Of a DNA stretch of 64,000 bases, positions 51,686-63,275 are shown piece after piece (the first letter of the stretch is position 1; each line of letters begins with the position of its first letter). Location of the stretch: NCBI GenBank assembly GCA_000091205.1, contig AP006494.2, one strand, 5' to 3'. This DNA is from Cyanidioschyzon merolae (taxonomy: Eukaryota). The notes under the pieces are model-generated. The model was not told the DNA's origin. It was given only the letters and a program-made list of their open reading frames with translations, and did no database searches. A program made the translations under genes and the position numbers.

Positions 51686-53035
51686 GTGCTTGAACACAAC
51701 GCATGTTCGAGACAGAAGATGCAGCACGGCCTGACCGTTGGACCAGAGATTTGCACATGCGCTTCGCGGAAAATTCTCGACGCTCCGCAGTGCGACGTTG
51801 CCGGTCGAAGCGTCTCCAGCACAGGTGTCAAAAAGGTTCAAACACGCCTGAAAATCCTAAACTGTATATTGTTCAATGTCGAGGGCGTCGTGAATTTCGC
51901 CTCGTGGGCGTTGCACCCGCAGCACACTGACCCAGACATATGGGCTCTGGAGGAAGGAACTCTTGGCGTGACAACGGGCGCGAATGACGAGCTGTTGCCA
52001 AAAGAGATCAAAGAGGTAGCGAGCATCGACGAGATGTTGCAGCCAGAGCGAGCGTCGCTTCAGATCATCGGATCTTATCGTGTTGCTCTTGATCTCGGAA
52101 CGATGGGCGTCGTATGCAAAGGACGCTTCAAACATGAGGTCTGCCTTCCATTGACAAGCCGTACTATGACGTTTTCCTGAACAAAGCCCTCGAGAGCAAA
52201 CAGGATGTTCGCCCCGATGCCGAGCGCTCGGATCTTGCTCAGGCGTTTATTTAATCTGGTATCTATGTGGCACTTCAAGACCCTGCGGATCAGTGTAGAC
52301 ACTTCTGTATTGTACGGAATGACCTGTTCAATGCGGCACGGCTACTCTCTTGAAGCAAATATAAAGCTTTCGAACAAATTCGCAAGCAGCATTGGCGGAG
52401 ACGATCCAAGTTCCTCGTTTACGAGGGGGGATTCGGAACCGAGTCTCTTTCCAGGAGGTGCGCACTCGCCAACTTGTTCAATATTCTCGAAATGGAAATG
52501 ACCGATAAGCCGCGTCGCTCTTATTGGCAGCGAATGGCGCTGCCCGTGCTGTATTCCACGAAAGCCGCACCCCGACTCTACCGACGACAGCGACAAACGT
52601 TTGCAGGAATCGATTCTGTACGATCTCTGTCGATAAGTACAGGGCGCCGGATACCTCCCATGACCGGAGCATATGACCACGCTGAAACTGGTACAGAAGC
52701 AGAGTCGAAACCGAACCGCAGTCACGAAACGGTCGACTCTCATTTGAGCTAACTCCAGGTATCGAGACAATTTGAGTTTACTGCCCTGTTAAAATGTGAT
52801 TGCGCAAGCAACCAAGCGCACAAGCATATGCTGCATCGAGACCTGAACGCCTCGATCAACATTGCGAAATGTGTCGTGCTGCAGGAGCCTCAAACGGCAC
52901 TGTGTCGATAAAACTTTCGATGGAATCTTCTCGGGCTCCTTACAGGCGTTCTGTTGAAATGGGTAAGACTTTCAATGAGAAACAAAAGTATCAGCCATTA
53001 GAGGGGCGATTCCTTGCCCGACTGTATCCGGGCAC
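51686..53035 (+). pseudogene. Degenerate TnpB/Fanzor-like RuvC-nuclease gene remnant, copy 3, with the conserved 3' flank
   Basis: Hand translation of 52753-52911 gives ...LLKCDCASNQAHKHMLHRDLNASINIAKCVVLQEPQTALCR*, a CxC remnant plus the RuvC-III motif HRDLNASINI. Its tail KCVVLQEPQ is homologous to copy 2 RCAVLETSPQ. A RuvC-II-like FNILEMEMTDKPRRSYWQRMALPVLYSTK in ORF 52474..52752 aligns with copy 1 NAMHLEVEGAESYSSPVLAKIRK. A RuvC-I-like YRVALDLGTMGVVCKGRFKHE lies in ORF 51686..52180. The three parts sit in different frames and are separated by stops. Confidence 0.5.
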
Positions 53036-54184
53036 TGGTATGAACCTGGTCAGCAATCCAGCAAGGCCTGGACGCCGTCTCTCTATATTCGGGGAACGAG
53101 TTTCCCGAGCGACTGGTGAACGACAATCCGAATCCGTTCTGCCATACTACTTAGCGTGCAAGGACCGAGCGTCCACGAAACTGGTCGTCGAGTGGAACCC
53201 ATCGCTTTGAGTACATACGCTCATGGATGGCGTGCGGAAAGCACTCGTGCGCTGCCGGCCCTGTGCAGCATTCATGAGCGACGCATCGCTTCTAATGCTC
53301 TCGCCTCCACGAACCAGATTGGAAGCACTCGTGCTCTGCGGGTATCGTCTTACACCCACGAGAACCCGACCCTGACAGAATGGTGGAAGCAGCAGCGTCC
53401 ACCGCAGAACGATAAACGCACATGGTGTCGCACGAAAGACGCAAATGATCGTTTCGAACGACGTTTGTGTGCTCAGGATCGTCTTGCGAACATCTGTTGC
53501 GAAACCCTTCCCATATACCCACCCGGTTCCATATCCAGAGCATGCCTCTAAGCAGTGCAGAGCTGTAACTGCAAGCGCGCCCTACACAAACACCCGTGGT
53601 ATCTTGCAACGATCAACAGTCGCTGCCGCCTTCGGATGCTTCTTGATGGCACGAATCGAGCAGCCGAAGCGAGCTTCACTGCTCATCCGCGCTTAGTGAG
53701 GTCTCTGCATACACGTGATCCGCTAAACGTTGTTTTCATAGATGCATGTAAAGCGCGTCCACCAGGACCTGGACATGCCCCGCGCCAAAAAGTCTCCGCG
53801 GATTGCGGAGCGCTTTCTGTGAGCTCGCCAGCGACAAGCGCTTCTTGTTGCAGAGTCATGCTGTACTAGGTCTCTTTATTCGTGTGGCGTTGAGCGTGAG
53901 TACGCTTAAAACAGTACCGAACTCGCCATGAGGTTCGCTTGTACACAACGCGCTCCGGTTTCGCGTGGAAAGCTTTATCGCCGGATCTGCATCGAACGCA
54001 GCTGGGCGCCGGTAGAGGGCGCTCATCTCCATTGCCGCCAGCGTCTATGATCCATTGCACATGCAAACTGGCACGCTGTCCAGTCCAGGTAGGTTCCGAC
54101 GCTGTACGCGGCAGGCAGGCAGTTTGGACACTACGAAGGCAACGACCGTCCGAAGCGTGCATCGAAACCACGATAGGTTCGCGT

Positions 54185-56326
54185 TCACACAACGGGTAGC
54201 TCATCCTCTAGATCGGCGTACGAGAACAAAAAGTCTTGCCTCACTCTTTGACACCACATTTGGTGATCAAAGTAGACATATGACCCTGATTCATAGTCAT
54301 CGGTCGTGAACCGGGGCTCTTCATGGCGCTGGAACCACGTCAAGTATCGTTTGTGGAAACGCCAAGCATGGCGTTTCAACTCAAGAGCAGCGAACAACTG
54401 ATGCCGTGGATTCTGTGGGAAGAAGAATATGAAGAACAGTGTGTCTGGATCGAGACGCTCGTACAGCTCTGGACTGTCCAAAGCTGCCAGAGGTGACTGC
54501 GGAAACGACCCGTGAACCGGAAACGGATTTCTAGGCTCATACCGAACTTGTTCTCGTTGCAGGGGCGCTGCAGCAGATTTGTTCTGGCGGGATGCTCCTA
54601 TTCCCGGGTTGGTACCGTTGGCTGAAGGCGCTGTTAGATAGAGTGCACCTTCTTCTAGTTGGCGCAGTGCTGTCAGCAGGGTTCGCGAGGCGATAGGGTC
54701 CGAGTCCACCAGTGCGGCATCGCCTGCGAGAAGCGCTGCTTCAAGTCCGCTACGTTCAGATGCATCCCGACCGGGGTCTTCGGGCGCCATCGATGCTGTA
54801 GCCGCTGTTGCAAATGCGTCACCACGGGAGCCCTGCAGATGGCCAAACTGCTGTGCCAATGGGACGCTTGCTCCGAGTCCAGCTGCCAGGGAAGACACAT
54901 TCATAGACACTGCGGATCCCTCGGGTGCACAGGTTCGCGAGTTCATCTGGTCTCCAGATTTCGATGGGTACGGGGACCGGAAAGGCGTTGCGGCGGTTGC
55001 CACCGTAGCTCCTGCACTCGTCCGAGAGTTCGACTCCAAGGACCCGCGATCAGCGTTGTCGACCTTAGAGACCATCACCGCCGCTAGAGCGTTAGCATGT
55101 GTGTCTCTTCCAGGTGGCAATCGTTGAACACTCGTTGGCATCTGGGGAGTGCTCTGCAACCCGAAAGAACCAAGCAAAGTGCTTGGATCCGTGGGTGTTG
55201 GCGTCTGGGGTGCAGCGCTCTGCTTCGATAACAGTACCGTAACAGGCTGTTGCTGGTTTGCCCAGGCCGAAGTCACTGGTCCGGCGGTGCTGCGCGGTCG
55301 ACCAGGACCTCCGGATGCGCCACCATCCGAGCCCAAAGCTCCGCCAATGGAAAGGTCTTCTTTGGATGCTGCCGCTTTGTTGTTCTCCTGTTCCGATGGA
55401 GGTCGTTTCGACTCGGATACGTCGCTGTTTTTTCGTCGCGAATCCTCTACGGGTGTCTGCGCTACACCTGCGGCTCCTGGTGTCGATGAATCTCGAGGTC
55501 GCCGTCCATCGTCCTCAGATTTGCGCTTCGCCTCACTTTCTTTTCTTTCAGCGTTTTCTGCTTCACTGGGCTTGCTCTCCGGCGCATGCTCCGTATCCTC
55601 CTTTGGCTTTGGAATATGAGAAACCTGAATCTCAACCGGGACCTCGAGCGTAAGCGCGTCGTATATACCCTCATCCTCCAGAAATCCATCTTCCGTATTC
55701 GCCTCGACATAGTACTCAACACTGTCTCTGATTTCATTCACGTCGTCACAATCGGCCGCATCGTTATCGAGCGCCCTAAGAATTCGCTCGAGCATCTCTA
55801 TATGATACTGGTGTCGCGCGATTTTCGCTCGCAGAGCATCCACAGCCATATGATCAATCTTCTTCTTCTTCGCGCTACTGACGGAAGCCTCAATATCCGC
55901 TTCGCGTTCTTCGATTTGAACTTTGAGCTTCTCGATGCAGTCTCTGACCCATTCGCGAACCTCGTTCTTCGACTTTTCAAGGGGGTCTGCCCGGTCCTGT
56001 GCCAGACCTTCCTTGCTGAACGCCTTCGTTTTCGTTTCTCTCTCACAGACTTTAAAAGCTTCCATTTTCTCTTCAATCTTCTTCCGGGCAACATCGATTT
56101 TGCTTTTGTCTTTGATTGAGGGGTCCGCTTGCCACACTTTGATTTGATCGCGAAGACGTTGCAGTTTTTTGATCTGCGACTTCAAGTCCGCTTCAAACTT
56201 ATCCCTTTGTGCAAGGTTTTGCGCAGCGTACACCTTATCCCAGATCTCGTTGAACAGGTCCAGACCTTCTTCGACTTTCTTGAGCGTGCGGTCGATTTCC
56301 GCTTGAAGTTTTCTGTTTGTTGCCAT
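54185..56326 (-). CDS. CNOT3: CCR4-NOT transcription complex subunit 3 (NOT3/NOT5 family)
   Basis: The N-terminus MATNRKLQAEIDRTLKKVEEGLDLFNEIWDKV...QIKKLQRLRDQIKVWQA matches CNOT3 [31 protein letters not shown]...EIKKLQRLRDQIKTW. The C-terminal NOT box is present (LFFIFFFPQNPRHQLFAALELKRHAWRFHKRYLTWFQRHEEP). The tracked ORF starts at a GTG at 56359; the ATG is at 56326. Confidence 0.9.
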   Translation of the reverse strand: MATNRKLQAEIDRTLKKVEEGLDLFNEIWDKVYAAQNLAQRDKFEADLKSQIKKLQRLRDQIKVWQADPSIKDKSKIDVARKKIEEKMEAFKVCERETKTKAFSKEGLAQDRADPLEKSKNEVREWVRDCIEKLKVQIEEREADIEASVSSAKKKKIDHMAVDALRAKIARHQYHIEMLERILRALDNDAADCDDVNEIRDSVEYYVEANTEDGFLEDEGIYDALTLEVPVEIQVSHIPKPKEDTEHAPESKPSEAENAERKESEAKRKSEDDGRRPRDSSTPGAAGVAQTPVEDSRRKNSDVSESKRPPSEQENNKAAASKEDLSIGGALGSDGGASGGPGRPRSTAGPVTSAWANQQQPVTVLLSKQSAAPQTPTPTDPSTLLGSFGLQSTPQMPTSVQRLPPGRDTHANALAAVMVSKVDNADRGSLESNSRTSAGATVATAATPFRSPYPSKSGDQMNSRTCAPEGSAVSMNVSSLAAGLGASVPLAQQFGHLQGSRGDAFATAATASMAPEDPGRDASERSGLEAALLAGDAALVDSDPIASRTLLTALRQLEEGALYLTAPSANGTNPGIGASRQNKSAAAPLQREQVRYEPRNPFPVHGSFPQSPLAALDSPELYERLDPDTLFFIFFFPQNPRHQLFAALELKRHAWRFHKRYLTWFQRHEEPRFTTDDYESGSYVYFDHQMWCQRVRQDFLFSYADLEDELPVV

Positions 56327-58477
56327 AGCACGGACCTCCTTGAAGACGAAGAACTCCACCGATATTCATATAAAACTAGCGAGAGCCGAGGCACCAGCTC
56401 CTACCACAGCGCCACTCTCTAGTCCGTTGCGTCCAGTGCAAAAGCTGCAACCGCGACTTGCAGACCGAAAAGTCCAGTGCCTCGACACGGTACGATGTTA
56501 GCGAGCGCGTATGGGCGGCAAGCATCCGTTTGAAGACTATGGCACTTAAATGGACAAAGCAGTCGATTCTGCAGTTTTGTTTCGCGCATGGTTGCGCTGG
56601 ATCGTCGAGATTGCGCGAGCGGGGCACTTGTCGACGAAACGCGTCCAGCGTAGTCAGCGCTTCGCAGGACATGAAGCATCACTGGACGGCATGGAATGTT
56701 TTTCGCCATGTGGACGGAGTGCGCGAAACGCGGGTGTTTCCATCGCAGCAATGATGACCTCGCTTCAATGAAATGACGCGGCATTTGAAAACTTTTGTCC
56801 AGAGGTTTACACATCGACCGTGCGTGTAATCGTTCGAGGAGCAGCGACGTCACTTGTGACTTTTGTGCAACCGATGCGCCGTTGAATTCGAATGACGCGA
56901 CGCTGTTTCGTTCAGAGGATATTCGGGTTGCTCTCTGGAGAGAGCGTAGGGCGTCGCAGGTTCGAAAACGTCGCATCAAGTCTTGAGCATGGCTTGACAT
57001 GGTACGGATACGGCTGCATCATCAAGCATGAGATGAGCTGCTGTGTGTTCGCGATGCAGGATACATGTGGTTTGGAAAATATTTTAGGTCGGCCGCAGCT
57101 GGTGAAATTCTGGACCGTGACCCAATGAGTCTGTGTTGGGAGAAGTGCAACGAGCATGTTTCTGCAAATCCGTATGGGAGGAAATCGCCCGATACGGAAG
57201 AAACCGGAGGATAAAGACTGACGAAAGTATTCAAGCCCTTGGTCAATACCAAATCGGTGTGTTAGAAAAAGGTCAGCACCGTCCCGAATGGCGACGACTG
57301 CGTTCATCCTGCGCCTTTCCAAACTAGCTACCATACGCGATGCGGCATTGCTCGCTAGACACAGCTCTCCCTGCAGCTGAATGCCCCGATACCACGTAAT
57401 TCGTATCTCGTCTTCCAGTCTACATCAAATGGACTCTTTTCGAGCTTGGAGCGCCCGCCGTCCTCCTTGTGCACCAACGATATACCCATTGGCGAATATG
57501 CAGCACCGGCAGCGGGTGCCGGGCACTGCCGAGCACCCAGCTGCGGCACAACGCGACTCTGCAACCAATCAGTACAGAGATGCCTCGCTGATTTCACATG
57601 CCTCCGCTTCTACTTCGAGACACTGCACTCGTGTATGAATGCCCGGTGCTTCCACGCATTCGAGATTCTTCCAGATTCCAGGGCACCAATCTGCATCTTG
57701 ATGAATCTGCATGGACACTTTCATCCGGTGCTGCACGCATGCACGGATGGATACGTTTCCATGCGTGCACAGACAGCACGCATGGACAGCACGCATCCGC
57801 ATGCTGCAGTGCCGCTTATGAACTGCGTTGAGCTTGTAGCACCTGGGTATGCTCTTTTACGTTAGGAGCTGCTCGCTTAGAGAAACTCTACCAAGGTAAC
57901 CATTCTGGGCATCTGGGTTTTTCTATGTCGCTTCGAGAGACGGTTTTATGCTCTGGCCAAGTACGACATAACGAATGCTTGGTGTTCCATCGAGTCGGAA
58001 GCGCGCTTTGTGCAGCGTGTACAGCAACGGCGCGCTTCTTCGTCGTAGTTTCGGCGCTCGTCAAGCATGACGAACGTCCGCACACTCTAACGTACCGTTT
58101 GTGCGCACCTGCCGCGTATAGCTATAAACCGTGTGCTGACGACGAAATAGTCACGCTGGTGGCAGCGACTCGGCAGCGACCTCTGCAGCGTGCGCCGCAC
58201 TGCCCGTGCGGAGCCTGCGTTCGCGCCCCGCCGCTGGGATTGCTGTTCAGTGCGTAGTCAGCAAGCGAGAAATAGACGGCCTCGCACGTCCACACTTGCC
58301 GGACGTTTGCGAGCTACTGGGCCTGCAGCTTGCTAAAAACACTCTGATGGTCGGTTTGAGTGACTTTTGATCTCGTATCAAAGGCACATCCATTGCCTAG
58401 AGCTTCGGGGTGCGTTCCGGTCCCGATAAGCGCCAAGGCGTTTATAGCGAGCGGGACGCGGCAAGCGGGTGTGCTCA

Positions 58478-60076
58478 ATGACCTCTGCAGGTTCCCGAGC
58501 TAGCACCGATGAGGATGTAGGTTTGGAACGACTCCTGGGACCGGTGCAACGTACCTGTTACGACGCATGGCTGTCCAAATGCCTTGCTGCGCGGTGCGGC
58601 TTCTTCGAGGACGCCTACATCGCGCTACTGGATCCGATCCAGAGGCTGGCAGCTGATTCGGCAACATCGTGCCCGCAAGGGCGTGGAGAGCGGCAGCGGT
58701 TGCCGTGTCAGCACGGCGGTTTGTCAGCAGCGATTTCGGACGGCAGCCAGCGGCACGCATCGATACCCACTGTCGACCGAGGTGGCAAGCCAAGCGGAAG
58801 CAGCGCGCCGCACCCAGGCCGTGGCAAGGCGTTCCGAGAAGCTGCTGGCCCAGATTTCGCGTCATCGCCATATTCAGCGTGCGGCGATGTAGACGACGGC
58901 GAGGGCACGTGTTTGAATGCCGCGGGGCATCAAACGCTGGTAGGAGGCCAGCGAAACGGGCATAACGGCGCTGGGACTGCGCAACTGCTGAGCCTAGGCC
59001 AACGAGTACCGCGGTCGTTGCGTGTAAATAGCAGTGGCTTGGACGCGGTGCTCCTGCACGGCACGTACGCTCGGGTCATGGCGCTGCGTCACATCATGGA
59101 CACAGTCCTCGAGCGCCTGCGGTTGAAAGCGGGCGCGAGCCACCAGCCACCGATGCTGCAGTTGCTCTCGCTCGGCGCTGGACTCGATAGTATGCCATTC
59201 TGGTTACTAGAGCGGTCGCGTCAGGCAAGCGTGGCGGCGTCTTCATCACACCGAGAAGTGCCGCTGCCGCAGGTTCGCTACCATGAACTGGATACCGAGC
59301 AGGTGGCGTCGCTCAAGGCGTTGTGCATTCGACGGCAGGCAGCGCTCGCTCGCGCCATCCAAGCACCTGTCGCCGACGTGCAGGCACGCGGTGCGGGAAG
59401 CGCGGACGCATACGCGGGAGTCGCCGTCGCTGGCGCGCAGGCACCCGATGTTGCAGCCAACGTGCAGGTGGTGCTGGAAACCCCGGTGTATGCGCTGATC
59501 GCAGCGGACCTCTGCAGCGGCCGCTCCGTTCTCGGTGCTGCTCTGGAGCGCCTGCGGCGACATGGAGGCATGCGGCGCGAACCGAGCTTCACGCTCATTC
59601 TCCTGGAGTGCGTTCTGGCGTACCTGTCGCCGGCGGATACCGTGAATGTCCTAGAGGCATTGCGCGAGCAGTTCGCGAACCACCCGGCACTGCTGGTGTG
59701 CTACGATCCGATCGGCCTGGACGACGCGTTCGGTCGCCACATGCAACAACGCCTAGAAGAACGCGGTGCTCCGCTGCAAGGTCTGAATTGCCGCGCGACC
59801 CTGGATGAGGCTGTTCGCAACCTTGAGTCGTTGTTTGCACCTGGAGCGGCATCGAAGCATCCGGGCCGCGGCATGGATATGATGGAGGTCTACCAGCGAC
59901 TCCGGGACGACGCTTGCGAACGGAGCAGGCTCGAGCGCATCGTCGCACTCGATGAAGTCGAAGAGCTGCGCCTCTTGATGCGTCACTATGGACTGATTTG
60001 GGTGAGTAATGAGCATGCAGAAGTATTTGACTTTTTCAAACCTAGCAGATTCCAAGGCTCAGCGGTCGACGCCTAG
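58478..60076 (+). CDS. LCMT1: Leucine carboxyl methyltransferase (PP2A methyltransferase LCMT1-like) with an internal insertion
   Basis: YDAWLSKCLAARCGFFEDAYIALL (N-terminal LCMT block); LLSLGAGLDSMPFWLL (SAM-binding motif I, compare VINLGAGMDTR); ILLECVLAYLSPADTVNVLEALREQFANHPALLVCYDPIGLDDAFGRHMQQRLEERGAPLQGLNCRATLDEAVRNLESLF...MDMMEVYQRL matches LCMT1 [23 protein letters not shown]...MMELYNRL. The tracked start at 58469 is GTG; the ATG is at 58478. Confidence 0.85.
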   Translation: MTSAGSRASTDEDVGLERLLGPVQRTCYDAWLSKCLAARCGFFEDAYIALLDPIQRLAADSATSCPQGRGERQRLPCQHGGLSAAISDGSQRHASIPTVDRGGKPSGSSAPHPGRGKAFREAAGPDFASSPYSACGDVDDGEGTCLNAAGHQTLVGGQRNGHNGAGTAQLLSLGQRVPRSLRVNSSGLDAVLLHGTYARVMALRHIMDTVLERLRLKAGASHQPPMLQLLSLGAGLDSMPFWLLERSRQASVAASSSHREVPLPQVRYHELDTEQVASLKALCIRRQAALARAIQAPVADVQARGAGSADAYAGVAVAGAQAPDVAANVQVVLETPVYALIAADLCSGRSVLGAALERLRRHGGMRREPSFTLILLECVLAYLSPADTVNVLEALREQFANHPALLVCYDPIGLDDAFGRHMQQRLEERGAPLQGLNCRATLDEAVRNLESLFAPGAASKHPGRGMDMMEVYQRLRDDACERSRLERIVALDEVEELRLLMRHYGLIWVSNEHAEVFDFFKPSRFQGSAVDA

Positions 60077-60164
60077 CCGGCAACAGCGGTATTCACAAGC
60101 GGCAGCTGCGGCTCGACACCGTGGACTACGCGCAAGCGGCCTTGTGCGGGCAATGCTCTACCCA

Positions 60165-60194
60165 CAGCAGTAGCAGCAGCAGTAGCAGCAGCAG

Positions 60195-60229
<35 letters not shown>

Positions 60230-60231
60230 GC
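60165..60231. repeat. (CAG)n / (CAGCAGCAGTAG)n compound repeat
   Basis: cagcagtagcagcagcagtagcagcagcagtagcagcagcagtagcagcagcagcagcagcagcag, located 3' of the LCMT gene. Confidence 0.9.
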
Positions 60232-61524
60232 GTCCGATCGTAGACGACATGTCTAGCGATCTCAAGCCGTCCTCCGTGGTGAGGCGGAAGCAGCGATGCA
60301 GGCCTGCGCCTCGCAAAGACTCCGGTAATGACCATGCTGCACAGCATCCTGGATACCTGGTGACGCAGAGGCGGTCGCTGCTGCTCCGGGAATGCACCAT
60401 AGCGAACACGCGCACAGCCGTTCGCAGCGGCGCTGGTCGAATACAACGCCCACCTGCACGGAAATAACACGCTGGAGAAGCACCAGATGGAGTTACCAAC
60501 AGGCTGCGAATTCGCGGTATCCGTTGTCGTCGTCGCACCTGAGACGTGTTCTGCTCATTGACATGCCCGAACGGAAGCATCCGGACTCGATTTCGTTTCT
60601 CCAGTGCACACCGCAGCTGTGAGATCGTTCCCAGCAGGCCATGAAGCTCGTCAGTCTTCGCATCCGCAGCAGTGCTTTAGGCTAGCAGGTCTCAGCGCAA
60701 ACGGCGCTGCGCGTTATGCTCCACTCGACGTCGTTCTAGGCTGCGCGTTGGCGTCAACTGTCGTCGATGTCGGTGCATCGTGCGGCGTCGCGATGTCAGC
60801 CTGTGGCACCCGCCTTGCACCCGTTAGCTTCATTCGAATTCACGCGTGTCTGGGACACAGCTTTGTAGGCAGCGGCGACGAGTCCGGTGGCGCTTCGGCA
60901 CTGCCAGCAGCAAGCTGCGGTGCCGATGCCATTCCTCCCCATGGCGCCAGACGCATCGCTCGTGAGTGCGAGCTTGCACCAGACCGGGTTGGGGACTGCT
61001 TTTCCTTCTGCCTGCTGTTTTGCTCTATGCATTTTCCGCGTTATTCACTATTTCCAATTTCTGTATCTGGAAACAGTGCAGTACCTCGCGGGCATGACGG
61101 ACGCCGCAGCAGTTTTTTCTGCTCGGTGTTTCGCAGGTTCAAGACGCAAAAGCCTTCGGTTTGCTCTGGTCTGCGCCCCAGTTCAGTCTGCGTAAACCTC
61201 ATAGGCTCTGCTTTCGTTGACACCCGTTAGGGCACAAGGTAATACCTTTCAAGTTTCGGAAACTTGTTGCGCATAGCGGAACGCTTTTCCTGTCGCTGTG
61301 GCAAAGCAGTGTCAGGGATTTCGCCGAAGATCAAAACCTTACCAACCAGCTCCTGTTTCCATCGCCCGAAACAGATCCGAACCGGGATCCGGTACGAAGC
61401 ACGTTCGCAACCTGGATAAGAACGCAAGGCCTAGTTAGATGCAGTGCGAAGCCAAAAAACGTTGTTTCTGTTCGCTCCTAACGTATTCCAGCAGTCTCAG
61501 ACGATAACGGAACAGGTCTTCTAG

Positions 61525-62565
61525 CTCTGTCGCACACTCTAGCGTGCGGGCCTCGTTCCCTGGTCATGAATACCAGCACTTGCGGGTATTTTATGCAACT
61601 GCTCCCGCTTTCCTATCCCTATCTCTGACTTTAAATACGCTGGTGTCTCCTTTCCTTACAGCTTCGTTGTACGAAGACGAAGGATGTTGATCGTGAGATT
61701 GGAGCCCCAACTTCGCAGCCCCGATCTGTTGTGCAACTATGCCATGCACACCCGGGAGTTGCGATCCACGGTTCGCATGCCACTTGCATCTCCCTAGTAT
61801 ACGGAAACAGTGCGCCCTTCACGGCTGCGAAACTTGAATATGGTCAGGGGTATCCCATGGTTCCCCGCTGGCCCTCCGAGCACCACTACATGGCGCGTGA
61901 ACGCCCGTTTCATCGCTCGGTACATGCCTTTGACGGATGTAGGAGGATTGTATGGAAGCGTCGCTTAGCGTCTGCACCCGGTGGCCGTTCCAAGCGATCA
62001 CGGGCTGCCTCTGGGTGATTTGTGCTCCACTTACGTCCTCGGTGCACTGCATATGCAAACACGTGTAGTCGCATTTTTATGACGTGACTTGTGGAACGCA
62101 TCGTTGTCCATCATGCAACAGGTATCGGGAGGAGAAACCAGGTTCGGGATCCAGTCCAGCACTACCGATTCGTCTGGACTCCACTCCTGCAATGCAGAGT
62201 CAGACGCTGCACCGGCGGCGGTCGCTGTGATGACTCACGTCCGAATCCGAGGCCACATCGACGCAAAATGAGGACTTGAGAGCGTCCGGGAGCATCGCCG
62301 CTGCGTCGAGTCATGCTGCCGCCACACGTCATTTTGTCGATGCGCGCCACGAGAAAACGACGCGTGTTTCCAAAGCAAGCGATTGTTTGGAGTGAAAGGT
62401 TCAATAAATTAGCTGAATGAGGTTGTGAGCAATTGGTCAACCGCCAATGTTGAGAATTTTTTGTCGTTCATCCAACGGAGCGAATCGCAGCGTCCTCGAG
62501 TTGCCCCCGAATACAATGATCGAAATCGTGGGGTGAACGTGATTCGAGCATGCCACAAGTAAGGG
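61525..62565 (+). repeat. Dispersed direct repeat, copy B (1,041 bp; roughly 99% identical to 43861-44901)
   Basis: Same unit and orientation as copy A. Differences include ttgggcc/gcgggcc, cgatct/cgatcc, gcccttg/gcctttg, gatacg/gatttg, aatcc/aaacc, gagtcc/gaatcc, ggttgg/gtttgg, aattcg/aattgg, gtcgag/gttgag, ccccgg/cccccg and tcaaaa/tcgaaa. Confidence 0.9.
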
Positions 62566-63275
62566 AAGCTGAACTTTGGAGGTTCGCACACAAGTACTGT
62601 ACAGTGATATATATTACTTTACAAATCCTTCGCTACAGGGCGTCACATTTCGTTTCGATTCCCATGACGTAAAGCATGTCAGCAACACCGCGTCCAAAAC
62701 GTCAATCCGAACACAACACCGAGTATTGTTCACCTACAAATGAATCCGTAAGCCTTTCTTCCTGTCCTTGGCATGTCAAGTCCGTACATCTAGAAAAACG
62801 TCGGATTTTATTCTCAAGGCATGAACAGAGCCAGCAGTTTAGCGTTTCGTTTTCATCCGAAACGAGTACTGCAGTGCGATCAAGTGCAGCACCAGCATGT
62901 CAGGCGTCCATAGCAGACCCCTTTCTAGCCATACTCCTCGAAAGGATGTTGCTGCATACGCAACGCTGTCGATTCCGACACCTTCATGGGTGCCGCATGT
63001 ACCAGCTGAGCAAAAGTGCAACCCCACAGGAAACCAGGTGCACGCCATGGCGCCTTCTGTACAAGGACGCGCGATTCATCGAAAAGCCAACATATAAGAA
63101 AAGAAAAATGCGCATAATCGGAGAACGCTGGCCTAAGTAAACGTTTTGTCAATGGAAAATCGAAAAGCCAACGGGCGCCCCTGGATTACCATGCATCGTC
63201 GTCGTTGTGAAAGTTTCGCACTGTGGCGTTTCCTTGGATACTGCTCGGCGACGATTCATAACTTTAGTGTATGTC

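Noticed and set aside
56419-58468. ORFs in the 2.1-kb divergent region between CNOT3 and LCMT1 (56419..57000 -, 56912..57334 -, 57446..57865 +, 57925..58257 +)
   Set aside because: None has motif support or coding-like composition, and several overlap one another on opposite strands. They are most simply promoter or UTR sequence of the two flanking genes.
43861-62565. The two 1-kb direct repeats as the 5' and 3' LTRs of a single 18.7-kb LTR retrotransposon
   Set aside because: The interior carries intact housekeeping genes (RPN3, CNOT3, LCMT1) with no gag/pol. There is no tRNA-complementary PBS after copy A and no polypurine tract before copy B. The repeat edges are shared beyond any plausible TG...CA terminus, and no target-site duplication is present.
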